This document shows, piece after piece, positions 30,669 to 39,499 of a DNA stretch of 64,000 bases. The DNA is from a bacterium (GTDB lineage Bacteria; UBA8248): the NCBI GenBank assembly GCA_965261085.1, contig OZ253442.1:1024001-1088000 (forward strand). Reading direction: 5' to 3'. Positions within the stretch are counted from its first letter, which is position 1. Each line of letters opens with the position of its first letter. The notes below the pieces were generated by a model, which saw nothing but the letters and a program-made list of their open reading frames with translations, ran no database searches and had not been told where the DNA came from. Both the position numbers and the translations under genes were made by a program.

Positions 30669-31260
30669 GAATTTTCTTTTTTAACCTCTGAATGGCCGCT
30701 TTCAGCTCCTTCGGGCCTTTGGGGTTTTGCTCTACGTGCCCATAGGCGTAGTTGATCGAATTAGCGAAGTTTCTGTAAGCCGCCGCCGCGATGATGTCGA
30801 CGATGTTCTCCTCGCTGAAGCCGGCGCGCCTCAGATGCTCGATATCCGTTTTTTTCATTCGATGGGGCGCATGGGTGATCTTCTCCGCATAGGCAAGCAT
30901 GGCGCGGTCCGCGGGGTCAAGGATTGCAGCGCGCTTCGGGTTGTCCAGCACCTCGGCTACTTCAACGATGGAGGCATCATCGCATGCGTCACGGAACAAC
31001 TGCCCGTGGTTCATCGCTCAACCGTATCACCCGCCGTGAGCCGCCACATAAAAGGCGAGCAACTCCGCCCGTCTCGTGCCGAGGCTCGAGCCGTCATGGA
31101 CTGCGTGTCGTAGCGTTTCGCGCCCGGCCAGAACTCCAGGCCTTCTCCCCATTTCAAGAAACATCTTGGGAATCGGTTTCTTCGTCTTGCGCAGGTCCTC
31201 GATGATTTTTTTTGTTGCTCCCTCCGCGGCATCCGGAGAAATAGGTTGAATCCAACTCAT
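30661..31260 (-). CDS. AhpD-like peroxidase-related protein, probable double selenoprotein (UxxU; TGA at 31027-31029 and 31018-31020)
   Basis: In-frame ...GCT CAC GGC GGG TGA TAC GGT TGA GCG ATG AAC CAC GGG... = RRAELLAFYVAAHGG-U-YG-U-AMNHGQLFR; 199 aa from ATG 31260 (GAGGAGG RBS); C-terminal half has LAYAEKIT..P....DIEHLRRAGFSEE.I. Confidence 0.85.
30982..31017 (-). promoter_or_regulatory. Putative bacterial SECIS element
   Basis: After the second UGA: GCGAUG-AAC-CACGGG-C-AGUU-G-U-UCCGUG-ACG-CAUGC; hand-folded upper stem CACGGG/UCCGUG with G in the apical loop. Confidence 0.5.
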
Positions 31261-31426
31261 GGCGTCCTCCTCTGATGATGGGGGGAAGAGGTTCTCAATC
31301 ATAGAAGAAATGCGCAAGGGAGGTGTTCCGCATTTTTATGTATCATTCCCATGAATAAGCCAATCCTCATCGGACAAACTCTGATGCGACACATGGCGCC
31401 GCATATGCCACATGGGCCATTCGGCT

Positions 31427-32287
31427 TTACGGGTCCACGCAAACGCACCGAAAACTAAAAAGGAGGTGCTTGGCCTTTGGGTCCCGGCCATGTCGAGCGG
31501 CCGCCCGCGTAATGCCCGGCTGATCGTCCCAAGAACCGCCCCCTTTCATCGTGGCTTTGGATTTAGAAAACGGGGTGGATGTCCATTCAAAGACATTGCC
31601 CGCCATGTCGAGCACGCCAAACGGACTTTTACCTTTGGGGTATGCGCCCACGGGTGTTGTAGACTGCACCTTGTAGCCATAGTTCAGGCGTTCAGGCTCG
31701 AAGGTGTTGCCCCATGGAAAATATCTGGCAACGACGCCACGGGCCGCTTTTTCCCATTCCGCCTCTGTGGGCAGCCGATACCGCGCCGGAGATTTGCCGT
31801 TCCGCCAGGCGCAGTGGGCCTGCGCGTCTGATTGGCTTATGAGCACGACGGGATGATTCGCTAGACCTTTCGGGAATGTCGGCCGACCGTCTTTGTTTTT
31901 CCCCCAAAGATAGCGACGCACGGACTCATAGGAATGAACGAGATAGCCTTGATGTTTATAATTTTCGGGCGAGATGAAAGGAGCGCGGTGGCCGCTCGCC
32001 CACACAAACCGGCGGTATTCGGCCTGAGTCGTTAGGTTCTTGTCGATAAAGTATTCGGGCAAGATGACGCGCTTGCGTAGCAGTTCCCAGTTGTCGAACC
32101 AGCGCCATCTGCGCGCGGCGTGGCTTCCGATTCGATAACCATAATCCCGCTCGGCCCTGTCGCTGCCCATCGAAAAAGCCCCCGCAGGGATCTCGATGAC
32201 TCTTGAATCTCTCACGCAGGTGCTCGACGCGGCCTCGGCGGAAACCTGAAGAGTGAGGAGTGATAAGGAGGCGAGGATGAGCCACAT
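31427..32287 (-). CDS. Formylglycine-generating-enzyme (SUMF1/FGE-sulfatase) domain protein, exported
   Basis: IPAGAFSMGS, HPVV.IS..DA.A.C.W, RLPTEAEWEKAARG, DMAGNVFEW; start uncertain (32287 or 32362). Confidence 0.85.
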   Translation of the reverse strand: MWLILASLSLLTLQVSAEAASSTCVRDSRVIEIPAGAFSMGSDRAERDYGYRIGSHAARRWRWFDNWELLRKRVILPEYFIDKNLTTQAEYRRFVWASGHRAPFISPENYKHQGYLVHSYESVRRYLWGKNKDGRPTFPKGLANHPVVLISQSDAQAHCAWRNGKSPARYRLPTEAEWEKAARGVVARYFPWGNTFEPERLNYGYKVQSTTPVGAYPKGKSPFGVLDMAGNVFEWTSTPFSKSKATMKGGGSWDDQPGITRAAARHGRDPKAKHLLFSFRCVCVDP

Positions 32288-32393
32288 GAGCGGTTTCCCT
32301 TGGATGCAGATTCGGAGTGAGGTTCTTTTTACGCGAACAGTTCGAAATATGTTATCTTGCATAAGGCCGCTTGAGTCTACATAAGGGAGCATC

Positions 32394-32972
32394 GTGCGAC
32401 CAATTCCATTCTTCAAACTTTGTTTTCTCGTCTTTAGCGCTCTCATGTTACTGGCGGTGCCGGTTTCTACCGCACATGCTCAAAGTCGTTTCAACGTCTT
32501 ACGGATGGCGCCAGAAAACTCCGCCCCGCCCCCTGATTTTCAATATCCAGACCTAATGGGAAAGCACCACAAACTCAGTGAGTTTAAGGGAAAAATGGTG
32601 ATGCTCGCTTTTTTTGCCACTTGGTGTCCATTGTGTGATGAGGAGATGCCCAGGTTTTCCGACCTTCAGAAAAAATATGAGGACGAGGGTTTTACGGTTC
32701 TAGCTGTTTCCGTCGACAGAGCGAGTCCGGGTTTTGTGCAAAAATGGGCGGAGAACAAAAAGCTGAAATATCCGGTTTTGCACGATCAGAACTGGTCGTC
32801 TCGGCGTACGCACAACGTGCGCTATGTGCCGACGGTGTATCTCATCGACCGAGAGCAGCATTTGGTCGCTTGGGTGGTGGGAGCTACGGATTGGAGCAGC
32901 GATCGGGCGAACGCGATTATCCGCCGCACGCTCGAGAGGAAATCAGTCGCACAGATACCCGAAATCAAATAG
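32394..32972 (+). CDS. TlpA-family thiol-disulfide oxidoreductase
   Basis: Signal/anchor sequence, FFATWCPLC..EMP, VPTVYLID. Confidence 0.88.
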   Translation: MRPIPFFKLCFLVFSALMLLAVPVSTAHAQSRFNVLRMAPENSAPPPDFQYPDLMGKHHKLSEFKGKMVMLAFFATWCPLCDEEMPRFSDLQKKYEDEGFTVLAVSVDRASPGFVQKWAENKKLKYPVLHDQNWSSRRTHNVRYVPTVYLIDREQHLVAWVVGATDWSSDRANAIIRRTLERKSVAQIPEIK

Positions 32973-33097
32973 GAAGTGTTCGGTTTGTCTCGCTCAAATT
33001 TACATACGAGCAGCCAGGCTTAGATTCCCGTTGCCTAATATATGGTCGTGTTTCATTATCAATGTGGTAGTTCTGCTCTTATCTGCTCGGGGGCGCC

Positions 33098-33742
33098 ATG
33101 AAATTCGATTTTTCGCTGATTGTCATAACCGACCGGGAGATATTATCACAGGCTTCCGGGTGGAAGCTAAAGGATGCGGTTCGTGCAGCCGCTATGGGCG
33201 GGGCCACCATGATCCAGCTTCGGGAGAAAAACATAGGCGGTGTGGAAATGATTCGCTTGGCGGATGAGTTGCGAGAGGCTCTGGAGGGAACTGGCTGCGC
33301 CTTTACGGTGAATGATCGGGTGGATGTCGCCATGGCCTGCGGCGCGGACGGGGTACATTTGGGACAGGAGGATTTTCTGCTTCCGAGAGCCAGGGCGATA
33401 GCCGGAGATACGTTGTTTTACGGTGTGACGGCCGGAAAATCCGAATGGGCGTCGCGGGCTGCTGCCGAGGGTGCGGATTATATCGGCGTGGGGCCCATAT
33501 ACGCGACGGGGAGCAAAGCCGATGCGAGGGTGCCGATCGGGCCGGAAGGATTCCGTCGAATTATCGAACACGCCCCCGGATTGCCCGCAGTCGCCATCGG
33601 GGGAATCGGCATCGAGAACGTGGAACCCGTCATGGAGTCCGGCGCCTCCGGCGTCGCCGTGATCGGCGCGGTGATGGGGGCGTCCGACCCGGAAGCCGCG
33701 ACCAGAGAGTTGAGCAATCGCATCGAGAGGGCGAAAGGATGA
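33098..33742 (+). CDS. thiE: Thiamine-phosphate synthase
   Basis: QLREK, VNDRVD, GVHLGQED, ADYIGVGPIYAT.SK, AIGGI. Confidence 0.95.
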   Translation: MKFDFSLIVITDREILSQASGWKLKDAVRAAAMGGATMIQLREKNIGGVEMIRLADELREALEGTGCAFTVNDRVDVAMACGADGVHLGQEDFLLPRARAIAGDTLFYGVTAGKSEWASRAAAEGADYIGVGPIYATGSKADARVPIGPEGFRRIIEHAPGLPAVAIGGIGIENVEPVMESGASGVAVIGAVMGASDPEAATRELSNRIERAKG

Positions 33743-34767
33743 GTGGCGAATCGGCGAAAGAGTACGGCGAATTCGCTCTGATACAGCGCCTGAGAAACAA
33801 GCTCGATGCGGTGGGGAACGACGCGGATGTCATCGTCGGTAATGGGGATGATGCGGCCGTTATCAAGGCGGGAGATGGGAAATGCTGGGTGGTGACGTGC
33901 GATGCGCAGGTAAGCGGCGTGCATTTCCCGTCCACTGAGGGTGTTTCCGGTTTCACCTTGGGCTACAAGTCGCTGGCGGTGAACGTGAGCGATGTAGCGG
34001 CTATGGGAGGCAAGCCGCGCTTTGCGTTCATCTCATTGGGCATACCCGAAGATACGGCGGTTTCGTTTCTCGATGAGGTGTACGACGGGGTGCGTACGCT
34101 CTCGCAGCAATACGATATTTTGGTTCTGGGCGGAAACGTCACGCGGACGAGTGGCCCTTTGTTCGTCGACGTGTTTCTCGTTGGCGAAATGATGGAGGAG
34201 AAGGTTCTTCGCCGAAGCGGGGCCCGCGCCGGGGATCGAATTCTGGTGACGGGGCATTTGGGCGATGCCGCAGCGGGGCTTCATTTGGCGTCCCGGCCGC
34301 TAATCCAGATTCGCGAAGACATGCGCGCCTCGCTCACCCGCGCACAACTCGAGCCGCAGCCCCGTGTTGCGGAGGGGACAGCTATCGCGGAATCGGGGCT
34401 GGCCACGTCCATGATGGACATCAGTGATGGTCTGGCGGGCGATATCCGCCACATGTGTGAGGCGAGCGGGGTAGGCGCAATTCTTTGGGAATCTGAGCTG
34501 CCCATCTCCGGTGTCCTCAACGAATTGGCCTCTGATATTGGGCAAAACCCCCTGGAATGGGTATTGCACGGTGGAGAGGACTATGAACTTCTCGTTACGA
34601 CACCCGCTGAATCCGTTAATATGCTTCAAGAGGTCGTCCGGCAGGCGGGAGGGGCGCCGCTCTCGCCTATCGGAGAAATCCTGTCAGTTTCGCAGGGGAT
34701 TTCTCTCAAGCGCGCGGACGGGATCTTCGAGTTGGAAAACCTCGCTTGGGAGCATTTTCCCGCCTGA
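33739..34767 (+). CDS. thiL: Thiamine-phosphate kinase
   Basis: EFALI, GDDAA, NVSDVAAMGG, MDISDGL, GGEDYEL; ATG overlaps the thiE stop. Confidence 0.95.
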   Translation: MSGESAKEYGEFALIQRLRNKLDAVGNDADVIVGNGDDAAVIKAGDGKCWVVTCDAQVSGVHFPSTEGVSGFTLGYKSLAVNVSDVAAMGGKPRFAFISLGIPEDTAVSFLDEVYDGVRTLSQQYDILVLGGNVTRTSGPLFVDVFLVGEMMEEKVLRRSGARAGDRILVTGHLGDAAAGLHLASRPLIQIREDMRASLTRAQLEPQPRVAEGTAIAESGLATSMMDISDGLAGDIRHMCEASGVGAILWESELPISGVLNELASDIGQNPLEWVLHGGEDYELLVTTPAESVNMLQEVVRQAGGAPLSPIGEILSVSQGISLKRADGIFELENLAWEHFPA

Positions 34768-35013
34768 ATGTTTTCATCATGAATGGATATTATACCGTCG
34801 GGCTAAGCGCTCCTATGGGGAAAACTGCTCGCTTGCGTGAATCGGAACGGAGAGTTTCCCCTCCGCGTCGGCGCGAACTTGCAGAAACGTTATTTTGTGT
34901 TATCCCGATGCCGAGAAGAGGTGCGTTGGATTTCATGAAGATTCCTTGACAGATTACCCTGCACCTTTGCACATTCTATGCATTCGTAAAATTCTTCTTG
35001 CCTATCATTCAGG

Positions 35014-36264
35014 ATGGGGTCGATGAGCGCACAAGGACCATTGAAGGGAATTCGCGTGTTGGATTTGTCCCGCATCCTCGCGGGACCCTTTTGCACCACG
35101 ATGCTTGCAGACTTGGGTGCGGACGTCATCAAGCTCGAATCCCTCGGAGCCGGGGATGAAACCCGCACCTGGGGTCCCCCGTTCGAGAAAGGGGAGAGCG
35201 CCTATTTTTTGAGCGTGAATCGCGGGAAGAAAAGTATAGTGGTCGATCTCAAGAAAAGCGAGGGCCTCGAAATCGCCCGCGCCATTGCAAAACAGGCGGA
35301 TGTCGTCGTTGAAAATTTTCGCCCGGGTGTCGCGGCGCGCCTAGGCGTCGGGTATGAGGCGCTATCCGCTTTGAATTCTCGATTGATATACGTTTCCGTT
35401 TCTGGCTTCGGACAGACGGGTCCTTATCGGGAGCGCTCGGGTTTTGACATTATCGGCCAGGCGATGAGCGGCATCATGAGCGCGACGGGTGAGCCGGATG
35501 GCGGGCCTTGCAAGGCCGGGATTCCGTTGAGTGACCTCACGGCGGGCATGTGGGCGGCTTATGGTGTAACCAGCGCATTGTACGCCAGGGAGAAGACGGG
35601 CAAAGGGCAATATATCGATCTGTCCCTTCTCGACAGCAGCGTGTCGCTGCTCACCAACTTGAGCGGCTGCTATTTCATGGATGGCAGCGTTGGCGGGCGA
35701 TGGGGGTCGGCGCATTTTCAAATCGTTCCCTACCAAGCGCTCCGGGCGAAGGATAAGGAAATTATCATCGGGGTGACGAGCGATCGGTTCTGGGGATATT
35801 TTTGTGACATTATTGAGGCTCCTGAGCTAGCGAATGACCCGAGATTCGTCGACATCCCCAGTCGCGCGAAAAATCGCGATGAACTCATCCCCATATTGGA
35901 GAGGCGCCTCGCCGAGCGAAATGGAGATGAGTGGCTGAAATTGCTGGAAGAGAAGGGGATTCCCTGTGGTCCGGTTTATGACGTGCGGGAAGCGCTCGAA
36001 GATGAACAGGTACGCCATAGAGAGATGGTGGTGGAGACGAATCATTCGCTTCTGGGCAAAGTGAACGCCACCGGTGTTCCACTTAAGTTTTCAGAGAATC
36101 CGGGTAAGGTCCAGGGGCCGGCCCCTTTGCACGGGGAACATACCCGAGAGGTATTGTCGGATATCCTCGGGTTCAGCGATGAGCTGATAGAAGAGTTCTT
36201 GAAAGATAAAGTGGTCGGAGAGCCTAAACCCAGATCGGAGATCGGGATGCCCTTGGAAGACTAG
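35014..36264 (+). CDS. CaiB/BaiF family III CoA-transferase
   Basis: GIRVLDLSRILAGP, NRGKKS, ENFRPG, SGFGQTGP. Confidence 0.93.
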   Translation: MGSMSAQGPLKGIRVLDLSRILAGPFCTTMLADLGADVIKLESLGAGDETRTWGPPFEKGESAYFLSVNRGKKSIVVDLKKSEGLEIARAIAKQADVVVENFRPGVAARLGVGYEALSALNSRLIYVSVSGFGQTGPYRERSGFDIIGQAMSGIMSATGEPDGGPCKAGIPLSDLTAGMWAAYGVTSALYAREKTGKGQYIDLSLLDSSVSLLTNLSGCYFMDGSVGGRWGSAHFQIVPYQALRAKDKEIIIGVTSDRFWGYFCDIIEAPELANDPRFVDIPSRAKNRDELIPILERRLAERNGDEWLKLLEEKGIPCGPVYDVREALEDEQVRHREMVVETNHSLLGKVNATGVPLKFSENPGKVQGPAPLHGEHTREVLSDILGFSDELIEEFLKDKVVGEPKPRSEIGMPLED

Positions 36265-36282
36265 GGGCTCTCGCTATACACC

Positions 36283-37440
36283 TCACCCTGAGGATAAATT
36301 TTCAATCAAGCCTCCGAGCAGCGCGCCTCTTGGAGCGATGGAATCTAGTTCCAGGTATTCTTGATCCGTATGTAAATTTCCTCCCACAGGACCTAATCCG
36401 TCCAGAACGGCGACTCCGAGCGGGGAGAGATAATTCCCATCGGAACCTCCACCGGTGGGGCCGTGCTGTAATTTGACGCTCGCATCCTGTGCGATTTGCG
36501 CCGCGGCGGACAAGAGTTTTTCCGTCCCATGGTTGAATTCCATGGCTGGTCTTCCGCTGATTTTTTTAAATTCTGAACGTGTTTCGTCGATGTCAGCTTT
36601 GGAAACGATACGATGCAGTTCATCCGTCATGGCATCGAGAGTCGCCTGCCGGTCTGCACGCACTTCAATATGGCAAGAAGCTTCATCCGCCACAATGTGC
36701 GGCCTGTAACCACCTGAGAGACCGGTGATGTTGATGGTGCCGCCTCCTTGCTCCAGGTTTTGAATAGCTACCATTTTGTGGGCGAGTTCATGCACGGCGC
36801 TTCTACCTCTTTGCGGGTCAACACCGGCATGCGCCGAGACGCCGATGACGAGCAATTTCCCGTAGCAACTTCCTTTTCTCGAAGAGACGATGGAGCCGTT
36901 TGCACGCCCAGACTCGATAATTAATGCGGCGGTCGCGTCTTTTCCGATTCGCTCTATCACTTTTCTTGAGGAGGGGTTCCCGCGTTCTTCATCGGTGTCG
37001 TATAAGATTTGAATTCTCGTGAACTCTTCGAACCCTTCGGCCAGTAATGCTTCAATCACGAATTGGCAAACCACCAGACACCCTTTCATATCGACCACCC
37101 CGGGGCCGTAGGCTATCCCGTCTTTTATAGTGAACGGCCGTTGCGCCGCGGTTCCCTCGGAAAAAACGGTGTCGCAATGCCCGATCAAGAATATATGGGG
37201 GCCATTTTTTCTTGCGCCATGAAACGTCGACAAAAGATGATCTCCCGTTTCATGCGTGCCAGGAATCATCTCTACTTCGGCTCCCATTTCAAGGTATTTT
37301 TCCGCAAAATGGGAGGAAACAGCGTTCGTTCCCGTATTGGGAAACGTCGGGGAGTCGATGTTCACCACATGAGCGATTTGCTCGATGATTTCATCTTTTC
37401 TGGCTTCAAGCGCTTTTCTGATGGTGGCCGCACCGATCAT
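36283..37440 (-). CDS. M20-family metallopeptidase (glutamate carboxypeptidase-like)
   Basis: GHCDTV, GPGVVDMKG, DEE, HAG, GGGSDGN, H..QE. Confidence 0.88.
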   Translation of the reverse strand: MIGAATIRKALEARKDEIIEQIAHVVNIDSPTFPNTGTNAVSSHFAEKYLEMGAEVEMIPGTHETGDHLLSTFHGARKNGPHIFLIGHCDTVFSEGTAAQRPFTIKDGIAYGPGVVDMKGCLVVCQFVIEALLAEGFEEFTRIQILYDTDEERGNPSSRKVIERIGKDATAALIIESGRANGSIVSSRKGSCYGKLLVIGVSAHAGVDPQRGRSAVHELAHKMVAIQNLEQGGGTINITGLSGGYRPHIVADEASCHIEVRADRQATLDAMTDELHRIVSKADIDETRSEFKKISGRPAMEFNHGTEKLLSAAAQIAQDASVKLQHGPTGGGSDGNYLSPLGVAVLDGLGPVGGNLHTDQEYLELDSIAPRGALLGGLIENLSSG

Positions 37441-38222
37441 TCATGTAATCCTTTGCGATAAAAATCTCCTGCGATGGAATCTCCTGCGAGCATGTAATCG
37501 TAAATACCGTTCGGTACGGCCTCGAATATCTTTTGGGCATCCTGAAGGGCCTTTTTTGAAGAGCAATGGCTCAAATACAGTATTCGCTTTGCATTTTGAG
37601 GAAGCCGACTCGGATAGCTATCCAGCTCACTCGCCAACCTCGCTAAATGATGTGGCTCGATTACTTCCCCGGCTTTCAAGCCCGCAATGGTGCGAACTGT
37701 TTCCATGCGATGAACAATTCGATCGTCCGCTTTTTGTCCAATGGCAGTAAGCCCCAGCACGAGTATGCAATGTGTCGCCCCTTTCGGAATGACCGGCTCG
37801 CCTGGTCCCGGGGCCTTGATAAGTCGTTTTCTCGCCCCATCGGTTTTTACTATCATCACGCCATGGAAGTCTGAGTCATGTAATGCCTCTACCTGACTAG
37901 CCTCGAGGCCGCGAAACATGTTCTGGGGCAATTTCCTCTCCACCCAGACAACCGCGCCGCGCCCGGACCAATCCTGAGCGGCGGATTGCAACTCGGCGCG
38001 TCCCTCCTCGCTCAGCAGAACGGGCGGAGAATTTTCACCACCCAGGGCGTGGAGATTCGTCGTGCTGGTGATGATGACGGGAAACGGCTCATCCAGCATC
38101 TCTCGGATGAGCCGTTTCATGAGAGTGGCCTTGCCGCCGGCGCCCATAACACAGACCATATCACCGGAGGCGATGTCCATTATCGTGCTGAGCTTTTGCG
38201 AAGGAGTTGATTGAATGGGCAT
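37437..38222 (-). CDS. yqeC: YqeC-family selenium-dependent molybdenum hydroxylase accessory protein
   Basis: GAGGKATL, ITSTT, DGARKRLIKAP...EPVIP, VHR motifs. Confidence 0.75.
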   Translation of the reverse strand: MPIQSTPSQKLSTIMDIASGDMVCVMGAGGKATLMKRLIREMLDEPFPVIITSTTNLHALGGENSPPVLLSEEGRAELQSAAQDWSGRGAVVWVERKLPQNMFRGLEASQVEALHDSDFHGVMIVKTDGARKRLIKAPGPGEPVIPKGATHCILVLGLTAIGQKADDRIVHRMETVRTIAGLKAGEVIEPHHLARLASELDSYPSRLPQNAKRILYLSHCSSKKALQDAQKIFEAVPNGIYDYMLAGDSIAGDFYRKGLHE

Positions 38223-38224
38223 TT

Positions 38225-39373
38225 TCAGGCAGCGGCGCGGTAGATTCTCTCGATGTCCTCAAGCGTAAGTTCTTTGGGATTACAGCTTAAAAGACGTTCG
38301 AGCTTGAAAGCGGCTTCGGCCAATTCCGGGATGGCGTGTGCGGGTACATCCACTTCGCCGAGCCGGGTGGGTACGCCGCAGTCACGACAAAGTTTCTCGA
38401 CCGCGCCGACGGAAAGCGCTGCCGCTTCGCCTTGAGATATGCCATCGGTGGATTCGCCCAGTATTTGGGCGATGCGGGCGAATTTCTCAGGCGCCGCCGC
38501 GTGGTTCTCCTTCATAACGTGGGAGAACATCAGGGAATTGCTGACCCCGTGGGGAATATGAAACCTGGAACCTAGCGGATACGCCAGGGCATGAATGGCT
38601 CCCGCGCCGGCCCCTGCGAGCGCGACCCCGCCGTAGTATGAGCCCAGAGCCATATCGGTTCTGGCATCAATGTCGCTTCCATCCTCACATACGCGCCGTA
38701 AAGAATGGGCGATGAGTTTCATTCCCTCCAGGCTGTACATCTCGCTCATGGGGGTGGCGTTTCTGGCCACGTAGGTTTCCAGGCAGTGGGTGAAAGCGTC
38801 CACACCGGCGGCGGAGGTGACTTTCGGAGGTGCGGAAAGTGTGAGTTCCGGATCGACGATGGCGGCGAACGGGATAACATGCGTACTCACGATAGCCAAT
38901 TTCACTTGCTCCTCCGGCACCGAGAAGATGGCGTTGGGCGTGGCTTCTGCACCGGTTCCACTCGTTGTGGGTGCCAAAATCGTGGATATGCCGGGTTTCG
39001 GCACGAGTTCGACTCCTAGATAATCCCTGGGAGCGCCGTCGTTTCCGAGCAATACACCGATGGATTTCGCCATGTCCATCGAACTGCCGCCCCCGACACC
39101 GACGACGAGGTCGAAAGAGCCGTTTTTGTACTCATCAAATGCCTTCTCGAGATCAGCGATGGCGGGCTCAGGAGGGCACCCATCGTATATAGTGACTTCT
39201 ACACCGGCCTCTTTCAGAGGGGCCAGCGCCATGTCCGCTACTCCTGCACCCCTCACGCCCTTGTCCGTGAGGAAAAGCGCGTTGCGGGCGCCCAGAAACT
39301 CCGCTTCATCCTTGATCTTCGAGATGGCTCCGAGGCCGAACCAGGTCCGTTGCGGGTGACGTATGCTGTACAT
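38225..39373 (-). CDS. Iron-containing alcohol dehydrogenase
   Basis: GGGSSMD.AK, PTTSGTGAE, DAFTH..E, HALAYP, PHG. Confidence 0.92.
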   Translation of the reverse strand: MYSIRHPQRTWFGLGAISKIKDEAEFLGARNALFLTDKGVRGAGVADMALAPLKEAGVEVTIYDGCPPEPAIADLEKAFDEYKNGSFDLVVGVGGGSSMDMAKSIGVLLGNDGAPRDYLGVELVPKPGISTILAPTTSGTGAEATPNAIFSVPEEQVKLAIVSTHVIPFAAIVDPELTLSAPPKVTSAAGVDAFTHCLETYVARNATPMSEMYSLEGMKLIAHSLRRVCEDGSDIDARTDMALGSYYGGVALAGAGAGAIHALAYPLGSRFHIPHGVSNSLMFSHVMKENHAAAPEKFARIAQILGESTDGISQGEAAALSVGAVEKLCRDCGVPTRLGEVDVPAHAIPELAEAAFKLERLLSCNPKELTLEDIERIYRAAA

Positions 39374-39499
39374 AAGGCGAACTCCTTGCGGGTAAGCTTT
39401 TATGTCGGGAAATCAGTTTCAGGATGTTTTCAACCCCGAGAGTTGGCATTATGTACATGCGCCGGGTTGGATGCAACGGATTCGGGAGAATTTTACGGG

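Noticed and set aside
368-31260. Genome-wide UGA reassignment (Trp/Gly) as the explanation for in-frame TGAs
   Set aside because: Conserved genes such as ybaB, thiE and the PPIase end in TGA at their expected C-termini, and the internal TGAs align only with catalytic Cys positions.
31427-32287. Selenoneine/ergothioneine synthase (SenA/EgtB) or a DGR target
   Set aside because: No DinB-like metal-binding N-terminal domain and no senB nearby; no reverse transcriptase or template repeat in the window.
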